From: a virus
Length of the DNA: 64,000 nucleotides
Virus record (IMG/VR): IMGVR_UViG_3300010370_000030
Coordinates: 17,808 to 81,807 of that record
Strand: one strand, 5' to 3'
The translations under genes were made by a program, and so were the position numbers. The notes under the pieces were generated by a model, which searched no databases, was not told the origin of the DNA, and worked only from the letters and a program-made list of their open reading frames with translations. Below are positions 1 through 7,803 of the stretch, in pieces; position 1 is the first letter of the stretch; every line of letters starts with the position of its first letter.

Positions 1-465
1 CGCTCAAAAGAGTTCAAACTCGAAGAAGATAACGTAAAAATCCGTTTTCAACGGCTAAAAAAGGACAGTCCACACTATTTGCCCGAGGCAGACGAGCATA
101 ATTATGGTGTTCGCAACGAACGAGTAGCTGGTCCATTGGAAAAAATCCTCGATTCTTTCAAAGCTCCACTGGCAAGAGTCCGTTTTGCAGCAATGGCACC
201 CGGTTTCGAGATCAAACCGCATACAGATTACGACCCAACATACATTACTCGTTTCCATTTACCCATCGTTACTAACGAAAAATGCATGCTCTACGCCGAA
301 TATAAGGGCGTTTTAACAGAAAAACACATGCCAGCCGATGGAAACGTGTATTTTCTCAACACTGGAATCAAGCATTGGGCTGTCAATCATGGCGATACAT
401 GGCGAATTCACCTCCTTATCGACGTGAAAAATCAGGATGACCTTGTAAATCTGAGACCACTTTAA
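1..465 (+). CDS. Aspartyl/asparaginyl beta-hydroxylase-like 2OG-Fe(II) oxygenase (5' truncated)
   Basis: Frame is open from position 1; motifs IKPHTD, RFHLPI, FLNTGIKHWAVN, RIHLLID. Confidence 0.8.
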   Translation, partial: RSKEFKLEEDNVKIRFQRLKKDSPHYLPEADEHNYGVRNERVAGPLEKILDSFKAPLARVRFAAMAPGFEIKPHTDYDPTYITRFHLPIVTNEKCMLYAEYKGVLTEKHMPADGNVYFLNTGIKHWAVNHGDTWRIHLLIDVKNQDDLVNLRPL

Positions 466-473
466 AAACCTTG

Positions 474-502
474 TTGACGTTTTTGTAAAAAACACATAAG
501 AT
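474..502 (+). promoter_or_regulatory. sigma70-type early promoter
   Basis: TTGACG-N17-TAAGAT upstream of the DUF932 gene; same layout recurs at 13446-13474. Confidence 0.75.
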
Positions 503-535
503 GAGGCTTCCTTAACTGATCTAATGGAGTTAATT

Positions 536-1486
536 ATGGCACACATGGTTGAAACAATGGCTTATGCGGGTGAAGTTCCTTGGCACGGTCTTGGTGTTCA
601 GGTTCCAAATGACCTTTCCCCTGCTCAAATGCTGCAAAAAGCTGGTCTTGACTGGCAAGTTCAAAAAGTTCCGGCGTTTTCCAACATTAATGGAACGCCT
701 GTTAATGTTGGTTGGTCGGCTCTTGTTCGTAGCACTGACGATAAAGTCCTGTCTGTCGTATCCACCGACTGGAATCCTGTGCAAAACACAGAGGCTTTTG
801 AGTTTTTTCACGAGTATTGTGCGGCTGGTGACATGGAAATGCACACGGCTGGCTCACTTCGCGGTGGTCAGATCGTATGGGTTCTTGCAAAAATTAAGGA
901 GTCATTTGACCTTTTCAACGGCGATACGGTCGAATCCTTCTTGTTGTTCACAAATCCTCACAAGTTCGGTCAATCCATCGATATTCGCTTCACTCCAATC
1001 CGTGCTGTTTGCAATAACACGCTAACACTTGCACTCAGTCAACAAACGGACCGTATGGTCAAGAAGAGTCACCGTCGTGAATTCAACGCTGCAGAAGTAA
1101 AAGAGCAGCTTGGAATCGCAACTGACAAGCTCGCTAAGTATAAAGAGATGGCCGAGTTCCTTGGTTCGAAGCGTTACACGGGTGAATCTTTGAAAGAGTA
1201 CTTCAACAAGGTTTTCCCCGTCCTTGCATACGACAAGGAAAAAGGTCCTCAGCGTAAAGAGGTTTCAAAATCAGCAGCTCTTGCGCTTGAAGTTGTCGAG
1301 ACACAACCGGGTGCTCGTTTTGCTGAAGGTAGCTGGTGGCAAGCGTTTAACGCTGTCACGTACTTGACCGATCATAAGATTGGTAAGTCGGCTGATAATC
1401 GTTTGACTTCGGCTTGGTTCGGTCCTAACAAAAACCTCAAGGTGAAAGCTCTTGAGACTGCGGTCGAGTTTGCTGAAGCTGCTTGA
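536..1486 (+). CDS. DUF932 / phage-plasmid-like protein
   Basis: MAHMVETMAYAGEVPWHGLG, TAGSLRGG, FTPIRAVCNNTL, WWQAFNAVTYLTDH; GGAG RBS at 526-529. Confidence 0.9.
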   Translation: MAHMVETMAYAGEVPWHGLGVQVPNDLSPAQMLQKAGLDWQVQKVPAFSNINGTPVNVGWSALVRSTDDKVLSVVSTDWNPVQNTEAFEFFHEYCAAGDMEMHTAGSLRGGQIVWVLAKIKESFDLFNGDTVESFLLFTNPHKFGQSIDIRFTPIRAVCNNTLTLALSQQTDRMVKKSHRREFNAAEVKEQLGIATDKLAKYKEMAEFLGSKRYTGESLKEYFNKVFPVLAYDKEKGPQRKEVSKSAALALEVVETQPGARFAEGSWWQAFNAVTYLTDHKIGKSADNRLTSAWFGPNKNLKVKALETAVEFAEAA

Positions 1487-1493
1487 TGGAGGT

Positions 1494-1513
1494 GGGCCCT
1501 TCGGGGCCCTTTT
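1494..1513 (+). terminator. Intrinsic terminator with UUCG tetraloop
   Basis: GGGCCC-TTCG-GGGCCC-TTTT directly after the DUF932 stop. Confidence 0.85.
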
Positions 1514-1514
1514 C

Positions 1515-2471
1515 ATGATATACATTGAAAAATTTTGGTACGAGAATAATTTTAACATAACAGAATTTTTTTCTAAGTTCGAATCTGGTCATGACTATGA
1601 ACCGTCTTGGCCAGCTGTCCTTGTTTCATCGTCGCGAGCCAATTTTGATGCTCACGAAGCAATGATGAACAACTATCGTTCAGGAAAAACAAGGACCAAA
1701 CCATCATTGTGCCTTGCTGGAGGCCTTGAATCTGTTCATGCCGATATTTCTCGGATACTTGGTCTCTCGAACATGACATTCTCTGTCCTGTCAGCATGTA
1801 CTTCTTCAGCATATGCAATATATCAAGCAGGGCTTATCAGTACGCACCAGGGTACTCCTGTTATTGTTGCGTGTGCTGATATGTTCTCTCCTATCGATAT
1901 GCATTGGTTCAATTCACTTGGCGCTGTTTCGCCAGATACAGGTATACCTTTTGATAAAAAAAGTAAGGGTTTCAGACCTAGCAAAGCCCAAGCGATGTTT
2001 GTTGTGTCTGCAAAACCAATCAATCCTGTAGCGCAGATTGAGCAAATGATGTTCATGACTCAACCACAAGAAAAAACAGCCATTGGGGCGCTTGATGAAA
2101 TTGAGAAGATGTTTGATCTTGTTGCAATGAACAACGTTGAATGGTGGAATGCTCATTCACCGGGTACTCCTTTAGGTGACGCAACAGAGTTTGAACTATT
2201 CTCACGCTTCAAACGGGATATACCTATTTCTTCCTTGAAGGGTAGGTTTGGTCACGCCTTAGCAAGCTCTTACCTTCTCGAACTTGGCGGGGCTCTGGAG
2301 GCTGTAATGGCGGGAAAGGTCCCTCAGAACGAAGGAATAACGGAGAAGATTGTTGAGGATGATAGGATCATCACGGAACCGATAAGTATTGGATGGCGGA
2401 AGAGGTTTGTTAAAATGAATATGGGGTTTGGAGGCAAAAACGTCCTGTCTGTTATAAAGGTACTAGTTTAA
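1515..2471 (+). CDS. Beta-ketoacyl-ACP synthase (FabF/KAS-like, N-terminally short)
   Basis: Cys in SACTSS, His in NAHSPGTPLGD, His in SLKGRFGHAL, C-terminal GFGGKN. Confidence 0.85.
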   Translation: MIYIEKFWYENNFNITEFFSKFESGHDYEPSWPAVLVSSSRANFDAHEAMMNNYRSGKTRTKPSLCLAGGLESVHADISRILGLSNMTFSVLSACTSSAYAIYQAGLISTHQGTPVIVACADMFSPIDMHWFNSLGAVSPDTGIPFDKKSKGFRPSKAQAMFVVSAKPINPVAQIEQMMFMTQPQEKTAIGALDEIEKMFDLVAMNNVEWWNAHSPGTPLGDATEFELFSRFKRDIPISSLKGRFGHALASSYLLELGGALEAVMAGKVPQNEGITEKIVEDDRIITEPISIGWRKRFVKMNMGFGGKNVLSVIKVLV

Positions 2472-3256
2472 TGTTAGAGAAAATTAAAGGTTGGAATAAT
2501 TACTATGCTATCAAAGCAGCACAAGTGTCATGTCTCGTGCTGTTACCAGTTGCAATCACCCTCCTTGTCATCAACTTATCGTGGTTGTATTTGTTTGCAA
2601 CGCTGCTGACTGTTCTGTTGATTTCAAAGGTAGGACATTCAATAGGGCAACATAGGTATTTTAGCCACCGAAGTTTTAAGACGGACACAAAGCGTGAATG
2701 GTTAATGGCTTTTCTTGGTACACTTGGAACAACACATACAGCTGTTCACTATGCAGCACTACATCGGTACCATCATGCCAATAGTGATACCGATTTAGAT
2801 CCACATTGTCCGGAAAAGTTGGGTGTCGTAAAATCTTTCTTTGGATTTATTGATCGTGAAAAAGCAGATAAGATACCATTCCGCATTGTGAAGGATCTTC
2901 TCGCTAATAAGCCCGTGATGTTTTTTTATAATTGGTACTGGCCCACGCTCGTGTTTTACTGGATCGTGCTGATCGCCATCGATCCTTTGTTGTTTGTGTT
3001 CTGTTATGTTATTCCTTGCGGGTTTGTACAGTTCGTTGCAGGCGTACAGTTGAGCCTTGGACATCACAAAGGGTACGTAAACTTCAATACAAAGGACAAA
3101 AGCATAAATAGTAAGATATGGAACGTGTTGACATTAGGCGAAGGTCTGCATAATAATCATCACAACAAGCCTTACGAGTACAATTTTGCATACACACAAA
3201 AACCTGGTGAGTGGGATTTCTGTGGATGGCTTGTTACAAAGTTCCTGAAAGTATAA
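2471..3256 (+). CDS. Membrane fatty acid (delta-9-like) desaturase
   Basis: His boxes HRYFSH, HRYHH, GEGLHNNHH; hydrophobic segments. Confidence 0.92.
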   Translation: MLEKIKGWNNYYAIKAAQVSCLVLLPVAITLLVINLSWLYLFATLLTVLLISKVGHSIGQHRYFSHRSFKTDTKREWLMAFLGTLGTTHTAVHYAALHRYHHANSDTDLDPHCPEKLGVVKSFFGFIDREKADKIPFRIVKDLLANKPVMFFYNWYWPTLVFYWIVLIAIDPLLFVFCYVIPCGFVQFVAGVQLSLGHHKGYVNFNTKDKSINSKIWNVLTLGEGLHNNHHNKPYEYNFAYTQKPGEWDFCGWLVTKFLKV

Positions 3257-3257
3257 T
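3252..3257 (+). promoter_or_regulatory. -10 box upstream of tmRNA acceptor piece
   Basis: Perfect TATAAT overlapping the desaturase stop; -35 is weak. Confidence 0.45.
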
Positions 3258-3262
3258 CGTAT

Positions 3263-3623
3263 GAAGTTGACTGAAAGATGTCTCGGACGGCGGTTCGATT
3301 CCGCCCAGGTCCACCAGAAAACTCTTTGAGTAGCTACACTAGATAAACAGAAAAACTTGCTAAAGTCGACCAAAGCAAGGACCTGCTAGGAAGAAGGGCT
3401 ACCAAGATTTCAAGTATCGCAGAGAGTTTTCTAATGGGCCTGACCTGGTTTCGACGGGGCAATAAGTAGGAAGATGGACGATTCGGCAATGTGAAAGCCG
3501 TAGGGTTGGGACTTCCCGGCCGAAGAAGCAAACGAAGTAAACGCAAACGAAGAACGTTTCGCATTGGCTGCCTAAACACAGCCTAGGGTTTCGGTGGGTT
3601 TCCTCGTAACAGAATAACCCACC
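3263..3623 (+). ncRNA. ssrA: tmRNA, circularly permuted two-piece gene
   Basis: T-arm GGCGGTTCGATTCCGCC and CAGGTCC-A-CCA (ends 3316) come before the 5' half GGGCCTGACCTGGTTTCGAC (starts 3436); G3.U70 pair present; tag frame 3543-3575 = ANEERFALAA*. Outer ends approximate. Confidence 0.92.
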
Positions 3624-3657
3624 ATTTTAAACACACTCACACACAAAGGAGATAAAC

Positions 3658-3894
3658 ATGAGTGAATCAGCGTTTGGTATTAGACTTGAACTTCTTAAAA
3701 TGGCAAAAGAAATGCTTGAGCATGATTACTTTACCAGGAAAGAAGCGGAGAATCAATTGTGGCATTTCAAATGTGAAATGGCAAAGACAAAAGGTGAAGA
3801 GTTGCCTGAGTTAATGCATATTCCATACCCATCTACAGTAGACATTCTTGCGAAAGCAAAAGAACTTAATCGCTTTATTAGCGACAGGCAGTAA
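3658..3894 (+). CDS. Hypothetical phage protein
   Basis: 78 aa ORF with AAGGAG RBS. Confidence 0.8.
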   Translation: MSESAFGIRLELLKMAKEMLEHDYFTRKEAENQLWHFKCEMAKTKGEELPELMHIPYPSTVDILAKAKELNRFISDRQ

Positions 3895-3950
3895 GATATA
3901 AAGGTTTTGATGGGTTTCCTTAATAACCCATCTTTAACAAAGGAGGAATC

Positions 3951-4502
3951 ATGAAAGCAATCCTTGCAGGATTTTTGCTTATCGCCTTTGTTCTACCGCT
4001 ACAAGCGACCATTCATGAATTACCCCTCTTAGTAAATTTTCATGACCTGAGTAAAGAGTCGCAAAAACAAGTTTCTTGTTTAGCAGAGAACATATTTTTT
4101 GAAGCTGCATCAGAATCGACAGCAGGTAAAGTAGCTGTTGCGTTCGTAACAATAAACAGAGTGTTGTCGGGTAGGTTTCCGAACACTCTTTGCGGTGTTG
4201 TCCAACAAAAAATACAAGGTGTGTGTCAGTTTAGTTGGTATTGTGATCCTACTAAGCTACATCGTAGACAAGCAATTAAACATACACCGCTCTACAATGA
4301 TATTCTTCGACTCTCAATCGAAGTGTTGATATATCATAAAGTATTTGAGGACATGACAAAAGGAGCTACATACTTCCATAACACCTCTACTAATCCGAGG
4401 TGGAGATTGCAAAGAACAGCTCAGATAGGGAATCACGTTTTTTATCGTCATGGAAAGGACCGACATGAAATATCAACTAGCAGACAACTTTTTATTCACT
4501 GA
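3951..4502 (+). CDS. Cell wall hydrolase, SleB/Hydrolase_2 family
   Basis: CLAENIFFEA, AVAFVTINRV, FPNTLCGVV, CQFSWYC, KGATYFH, IGNHVFY; signal-like N-terminus; AGGAGG RBS. Confidence 0.92.
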   Translation: MKAILAGFLLIAFVLPLQATIHELPLLVNFHDLSKESQKQVSCLAENIFFEAASESTAGKVAVAFVTINRVLSGRFPNTLCGVVQQKIQGVCQFSWYCDPTKLHRRQAIKHTPLYNDILRLSIEVLIYHKVFEDMTKGATYFHNTSTNPRWRLQRTAQIGNHVFYRHGKDRHEISTSRQLFIH

Positions 4503-5094
4503 TTTTTTCAACACTTTCCGTGAGGGAATGGTTAAAGATTTTTTGGCGGTCTTTCCTAACTTTAGCGATAAGCAGCCGACACCAGAAGAACGGGAGTTGG
4601 ATCCAAAATACAACATGAAGACCGTTGGGCAGTGGAAGACGGCTGGTAATGCTGCAGCAGGTGATGCGTGGAAGGTAGAGGGATTGCGATACACAGATCC
4701 TGGTGTGAACACTCGATCTGCAACCAATCGCGACAAATACCCAACGGCGTGGCAACTAGTTGATCATTTCGATAATCTATATCCAGATGGTGTCGAAGGT
4801 GGTCAAATAGCATGTCCTATTGCTACGTATAGTATAATGGAAGCACATAGTCGTATTGGTAGACACACAGGAATTGAAAATAGGCGCAAGCAATATGTGA
4901 GATGTCATATTCCTTTAATTGTTCCGGAAGGTGATATCGTATTTGAGATCGAGCGCAAAGTGTTTATTACGTGGGACAACGTGTTTGCTTTCGACAATCA
5001 ATGCGAACACAGTGCTTGGAATAATTCCTCGTATAGACGGCTTGTTTTTCTAATCGACCTACATCGCTCAATTGTTAAGTGGCCACCAGCGTGA
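4465..5094 (+). CDS. Aspartyl/asparaginyl beta-hydroxylase-like oxygenase
   Basis: IGRHTG, RCHIPLIVPEGD, FAFDNQCEHSAWN, RLVFLID. Confidence 0.8.
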   Translation: MKYQLADNFLFTDFFNTFREGMVKDFLAVFPNFSDKQPTPEERELDPKYNMKTVGQWKTAGNAAAGDAWKVEGLRYTDPGVNTRSATNRDKYPTAWQLVDHFDNLYPDGVEGGQIACPIATYSIMEAHSRIGRHTGIENRRKQYVRCHIPLIVPEGDIVFEIERKVFITWDNVFAFDNQCEHSAWNNSSYRRLVFLIDLHRSIVKWPPA

Positions 5095-5648
5095 ACAGGT
5101 ATCACCACAGGATAAACGTTCCAGTACCATTTGTTTTTCCGAAGTATGAAGTGCCTGATCTTAGATTCCATCTTCATCGTCGGTTTGATAAAAAGGACAT
5201 GAATGTTGAGATCGTAACGTGGATACATTCGCTTGGTTTGTATATCGTTGCTGGTGAATATTTTTACACGCCACCCGGTAGAACGTTGGAACCACATTCG
5301 GATAGTCCGTCAATCAATGACGTCGTTAAACTTAACTGGATGAAGGGTGGCGAAGGGAGTGTAATGGAGTGGTTCAAGCTCAAGGATGGTGCTACACTCA
5401 AGACAAATACAACGGTGATTGGAACCCAATACTCGTTTGCACCTCGTGAGGACTTAATTAAAGTACACGCTGCTACGATAGGTACTCCAAGTCTCGTTAA
5501 TGTCGGTCAAATACACGCTATACAAAACAAAGACCGACCACGTTTCGTTGCATGTTTAGTAATAGCCAAGAATGCGACAAGGAGTAGGGTGACATGGGAC
5601 GAGGCGTTGGACATTTTTGGTCCCTATGTTGACTTTGATAGAAGTTAG
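5091..5648 (+). CDS. Hypothetical protein, probable cupin/2OG oxygenase fold
   Basis: EPHSD...PSLVNVGQIHAIQN...R pattern; GTGA coupling with the upstream stop. Confidence 0.55.
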   Translation: MNRYHHRINVPVPFVFPKYEVPDLRFHLHRRFDKKDMNVEIVTWIHSLGLYIVAGEYFYTPPGRTLEPHSDSPSINDVVKLNWMKGGEGSVMEWFKLKDGATLKTNTTVIGTQYSFAPREDLIKVHAATIGTPSLVNVGQIHAIQNKDRPRFVACLVIAKNATRSRVTWDEALDIFGPYVDFDRS

Positions 5649-5657
5649 ATAGATAGT
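5629..5657 (+). promoter_or_regulatory. Possible sigma70 promoter for the tRNA array
   Basis: TTGACT-N17-GATAGT about 27 nt before tRNA-Cys. Confidence 0.4.
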
Positions 5658-5683
5658 TCCTTTGTTGTTGAAATGATTTATGT

Positions 5684-5760
5684 GCACGTGTGTCGCCGAA
5701 TGGTTAGGCTACGGATTGCAAATCCGTTTTATGCAGGTTCGATCCCTGTCACGTGCTCCA
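5684..5760 (+). tRNA. tRNA-Cys(GCA)
   Basis: Acceptor GCACGTG/CACGTGC, U73, CCA; ACGGA-TTGCAAA-TCCGT. Confidence 0.9.
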
Positions 5761-5762
5761 GC

Positions 5763-5855
5763 GGAGGTCTTGATGCTATGGCGTGTGCATCCCCGGACTG
5801 TAAATCCGGTCCCTCGTGGTAAACATTCGCGGTTCGAATCCGTGGACCTCCACCA
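5763..5855 (+). tRNA. tRNA-Tyr(GTA)
   Basis: CCGGA-CTGTAAA-TCCGG, long variable arm, GGTTCGAATCC, ACCA. Confidence 0.92.
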
Positions 5856-5861
5856 CTAATT

Positions 5862-6623
5862 TTGGAATTAAATGTGAAGATTGAGCAGATCGTTAGAGTA
5901 CCTTATACAACACGGCCTACGATGATCAGGAACAACGAAAGTGTCTATAACATAAGTCCTGATCCTGAGTATATCAGGCAGAAAAAACATCAGTTGCTAA
6001 TGTTTGATAATGCGTTGTATGGTGAAACGGAAGATGCAGTAAAGAACGATCTGGTTAGAAGGGCGGCGACATATCTTAGTGTACCAATTACAACAGACAT
6101 TGTTGAATTCTCTTTTAACTTTGAAGAAGATGTAGCGATTCTACATCAAGGTGTGTTGTCAGCAATTTGTTTTTGTTTTCCAAGCTCATGGACACCAGGT
6201 GCAGGGTTAGGTAAATCGCTTAGGGAGTTGCATGCGCCTGTTGCAGATGGTGAGCTGCTTGTAAAGGCTAGTGATAAGATTGCTTCAACAATCTCAGATT
6301 TTAGTCAAGGCAGTTTTAGACGATATGTTTGGACAATAACAAAAGTGCCTTCTGTAAGTAATTATGAGAAGATTACCGAACAGTACAAAGATGAAGATTT
6401 AGATATAAATACACTTTTCATGCGTATTGAAACACAAACAACATTGCCGTTGCCAAATGGTGCGATAGCGTTGTTCTTTGTAAAGGTTGATGTCTTACCG
6501 CTAAAAGACGTATGGTACAGATACAAAAATTTGTTGTTGCAAAGTTTAAGTAGTATGTCTGATAATATCATTCGATATAAAAATTTGGGAGAAATTAGAT
6601 CGTATTTACTCTCTGTGGCGTAA
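5862..6623 (+). CDS. DUF3445 / heme-dependent oxidative N-demethylase alpha-like protein
   Basis: EEDVAIL, CFPSSW, GKSLRELHAPV, RYVWTI, RIETQT..LP; start codon uncertain. Confidence 0.75.
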   Translation: MELNVKIEQIVRVPYTTRPTMIRNNESVYNISPDPEYIRQKKHQLLMFDNALYGETEDAVKNDLVRRAATYLSVPITTDIVEFSFNFEEDVAILHQGVLSAICFCFPSSWTPGAGLGKSLRELHAPVADGELLVKASDKIASTISDFSQGSFRRYVWTITKVPSVSNYEKITEQYKDEDLDINTLFMRIETQTTLPLPNGAIALFFVKVDVLPLKDVWYRYKNLLLQSLSSMSDNIIRYKNLGEIRSYLLSVA

Positions 6624-6684
6624 CCTGGCAGCGTTCTACGTTTGGGGCGTAGAGGTCCTGGTTCAAATCCAGGCAGAGAGACCA
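6609..6684 (+). tRNA. tRNA-Pro(TGG)
   Basis: CTCTCTG/CAGAGAG acceptor; CTACG-TTTGGGG-CGTAG; ACCA. Confidence 0.92.
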
Positions 6685-6690
6685 AAAAAA

Positions 6691-6765
6691 GGGCTGATAG
6701 TGATAAGGATAGCACACTGCGTTTGCACCGCAGAAGTCGGGGTTTGAATCCCCGTCGGTCCACCA
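6691..6765 (+). tRNA. tRNA-Ala(TGC)
   Basis: G3.U70 acceptor; CTGCG-TTTGCAC-CGCAG; T-loop variant TTTGAAT. Confidence 0.85.
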
Positions 6766-6771
6766 AGTTTT

Positions 6772-6845
6772 GCCCCTATAGTTAAATGGTATAACAGTTG
6801 ATTTGTAATCATCAATTCCTAGTTCGATTCCAGGTGGGGGCACCA
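6772..6845 (+). tRNA. tRNA-Thr(TGT)
   Basis: GCCCCTA/TGGGGGC acceptor, anticodon loop TTTGTAA, ACCA; a few stem mismatches. Confidence 0.85.
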
Positions 6846-6939
6846 TATTGAAACACATTAGAATCTGTAAAAAGATTAGGGATGGTACACCGCATGCCTC
6901 TCATTGAAAGCATGTATAGACCTTAGTGTGTTTCAATAT
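6845..6939 (+). ncRNA. Structured spacer / candidate stable RNA between tRNAs
   Basis: 16-bp closing stem ATATTGAAACACATTA / TAGTGTGTTTCAATAT with two internal hairpins. Confidence 0.5.
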
Positions 6940-6943
6940 AAAT

Positions 6944-7018
6944 TCCAGTGTAGCTCAGCGGTAGAGCAGTTGACTGTTAATCAATTGGTCGTTGGTTCGA
7001 TCCCAGCCACTGGAGCCA
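6944..7018 (+). tRNA. tRNA-Asn(GTT)
   Basis: TCCAGTG/CACTGGA, G73, anticodon loop CTGTTAA, CCA. Confidence 0.95.
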
Positions 7019-7020
7019 AA

Positions 7021-7097
7021 GCCCTCTTATCCCAATTGGTAGAGGAGACGGTCTTAGAAGCCGTGAAGTCTCAGTTCGAATCTGAGAGAGGGCACCA
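7021..7097 (+). tRNA. tRNA-Leu(TAG), short variable loop
   Basis: ACGGT-CTTAGAA-GCCGT; 5-nt variable region; ACCA. Confidence 0.88.
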
Positions 7098-7103
7098 GAT
7101 TTT

Positions 7104-7179
7104 GCGGGTGAAGTGTTTACGGTTACACGTCAGTCTTCCAAACTGAAATAGACGAGTTCGAATCTCGCCTCCCGCTCCA
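7104..7179 (+). tRNA. tRNA-Gly(TCC)
   Basis: GCGGG/CCCGC, U73, TCAGT-CTTCCAA-ACTGA. Confidence 0.92.
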
Positions 7180-7186
7180 GTTTAAC

Positions 7187-7264
<78 letters not shown>

Positions 7265-7266
7265 CT

Positions 7267-7797
7267 TTAAATAAATGATTTTTTTGAAAAGTTAAAGTTT
7301 AGATTTAGACGTAACGAGTCACATTTATTCCACGCTGTGTGCATTACAAAGGGACTAAAACAAAAAACTTTACCTCGCTCCCATTTGTATGTGGTTTGTT
7401 CAACGGTGATACCCAGATCTCCATCTGGAACGATTAACGGTAAATGTACACGAACATACTCCTCGCCTTCGTCGTATTTGTCAGTATGCCACTGTACAAT
7501 GCCGCCAGGAAGTATTGCGCTGAACCAAATACCTAACAAATGATTTGCTGGGAAGGACTCTATAAAAGGTATCAGGAACTCCGATCTTGCACGACATTTC
7601 TCGTCCCATTGAGGATTGCGTTTTCTGATAAATGAAAACGCACCGACCCACTCTGCAGAGGTACCTTTGTCTTGCTTAGGTGATTTAATGATGTTAAGAT
7701 CACCAACGCCACTATAAATTCTATAGAAATCATTTTCAATTGACACTGCAGCATCTTCAATTTTATTAGTATATAAAAAATTACTGCTGGTATACAT
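7267..7797 (-). CDS. Aspartyl/asparaginyl beta-hydroxylase-like oxygenase
   Basis: FSAILPGG..WHTD, RVHLPLIVPDGD, WERGKVFCF, HTAWN, RLNL. Confidence 0.85.
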   Translation of the reverse strand: MYTSSNFLYTNKIEDAAVSIENDFYRIYSGVGDLNIIKSPKQDKGTSAEWVGAFSFIRKRNPQWDEKCRARSEFLIPFIESFPANHLLGIWFSAILPGGIVQWHTDKYDEGEEYVRVHLPLIVPDGDLGITVEQTTYKWERGKVFCFSPFVMHTAWNKCDSLRLNLNFNFSKKSFI

Positions 7798-7803
7798 TCC
7801 CTA

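Noticed and set aside
3263-3316. tRNA 3' fragment marking an att site
   Set aside because: It pairs with the downstream GGGCCTG as the acceptor piece of a permuted tmRNA; no integrase.
7021-7097. Amber suppressor tRNA or stop codon recoding
   Set aside because: Anticodon TAG reads CUA (Leu); a suppressor needs anticodon CTA. Core genes are intact under the standard code.
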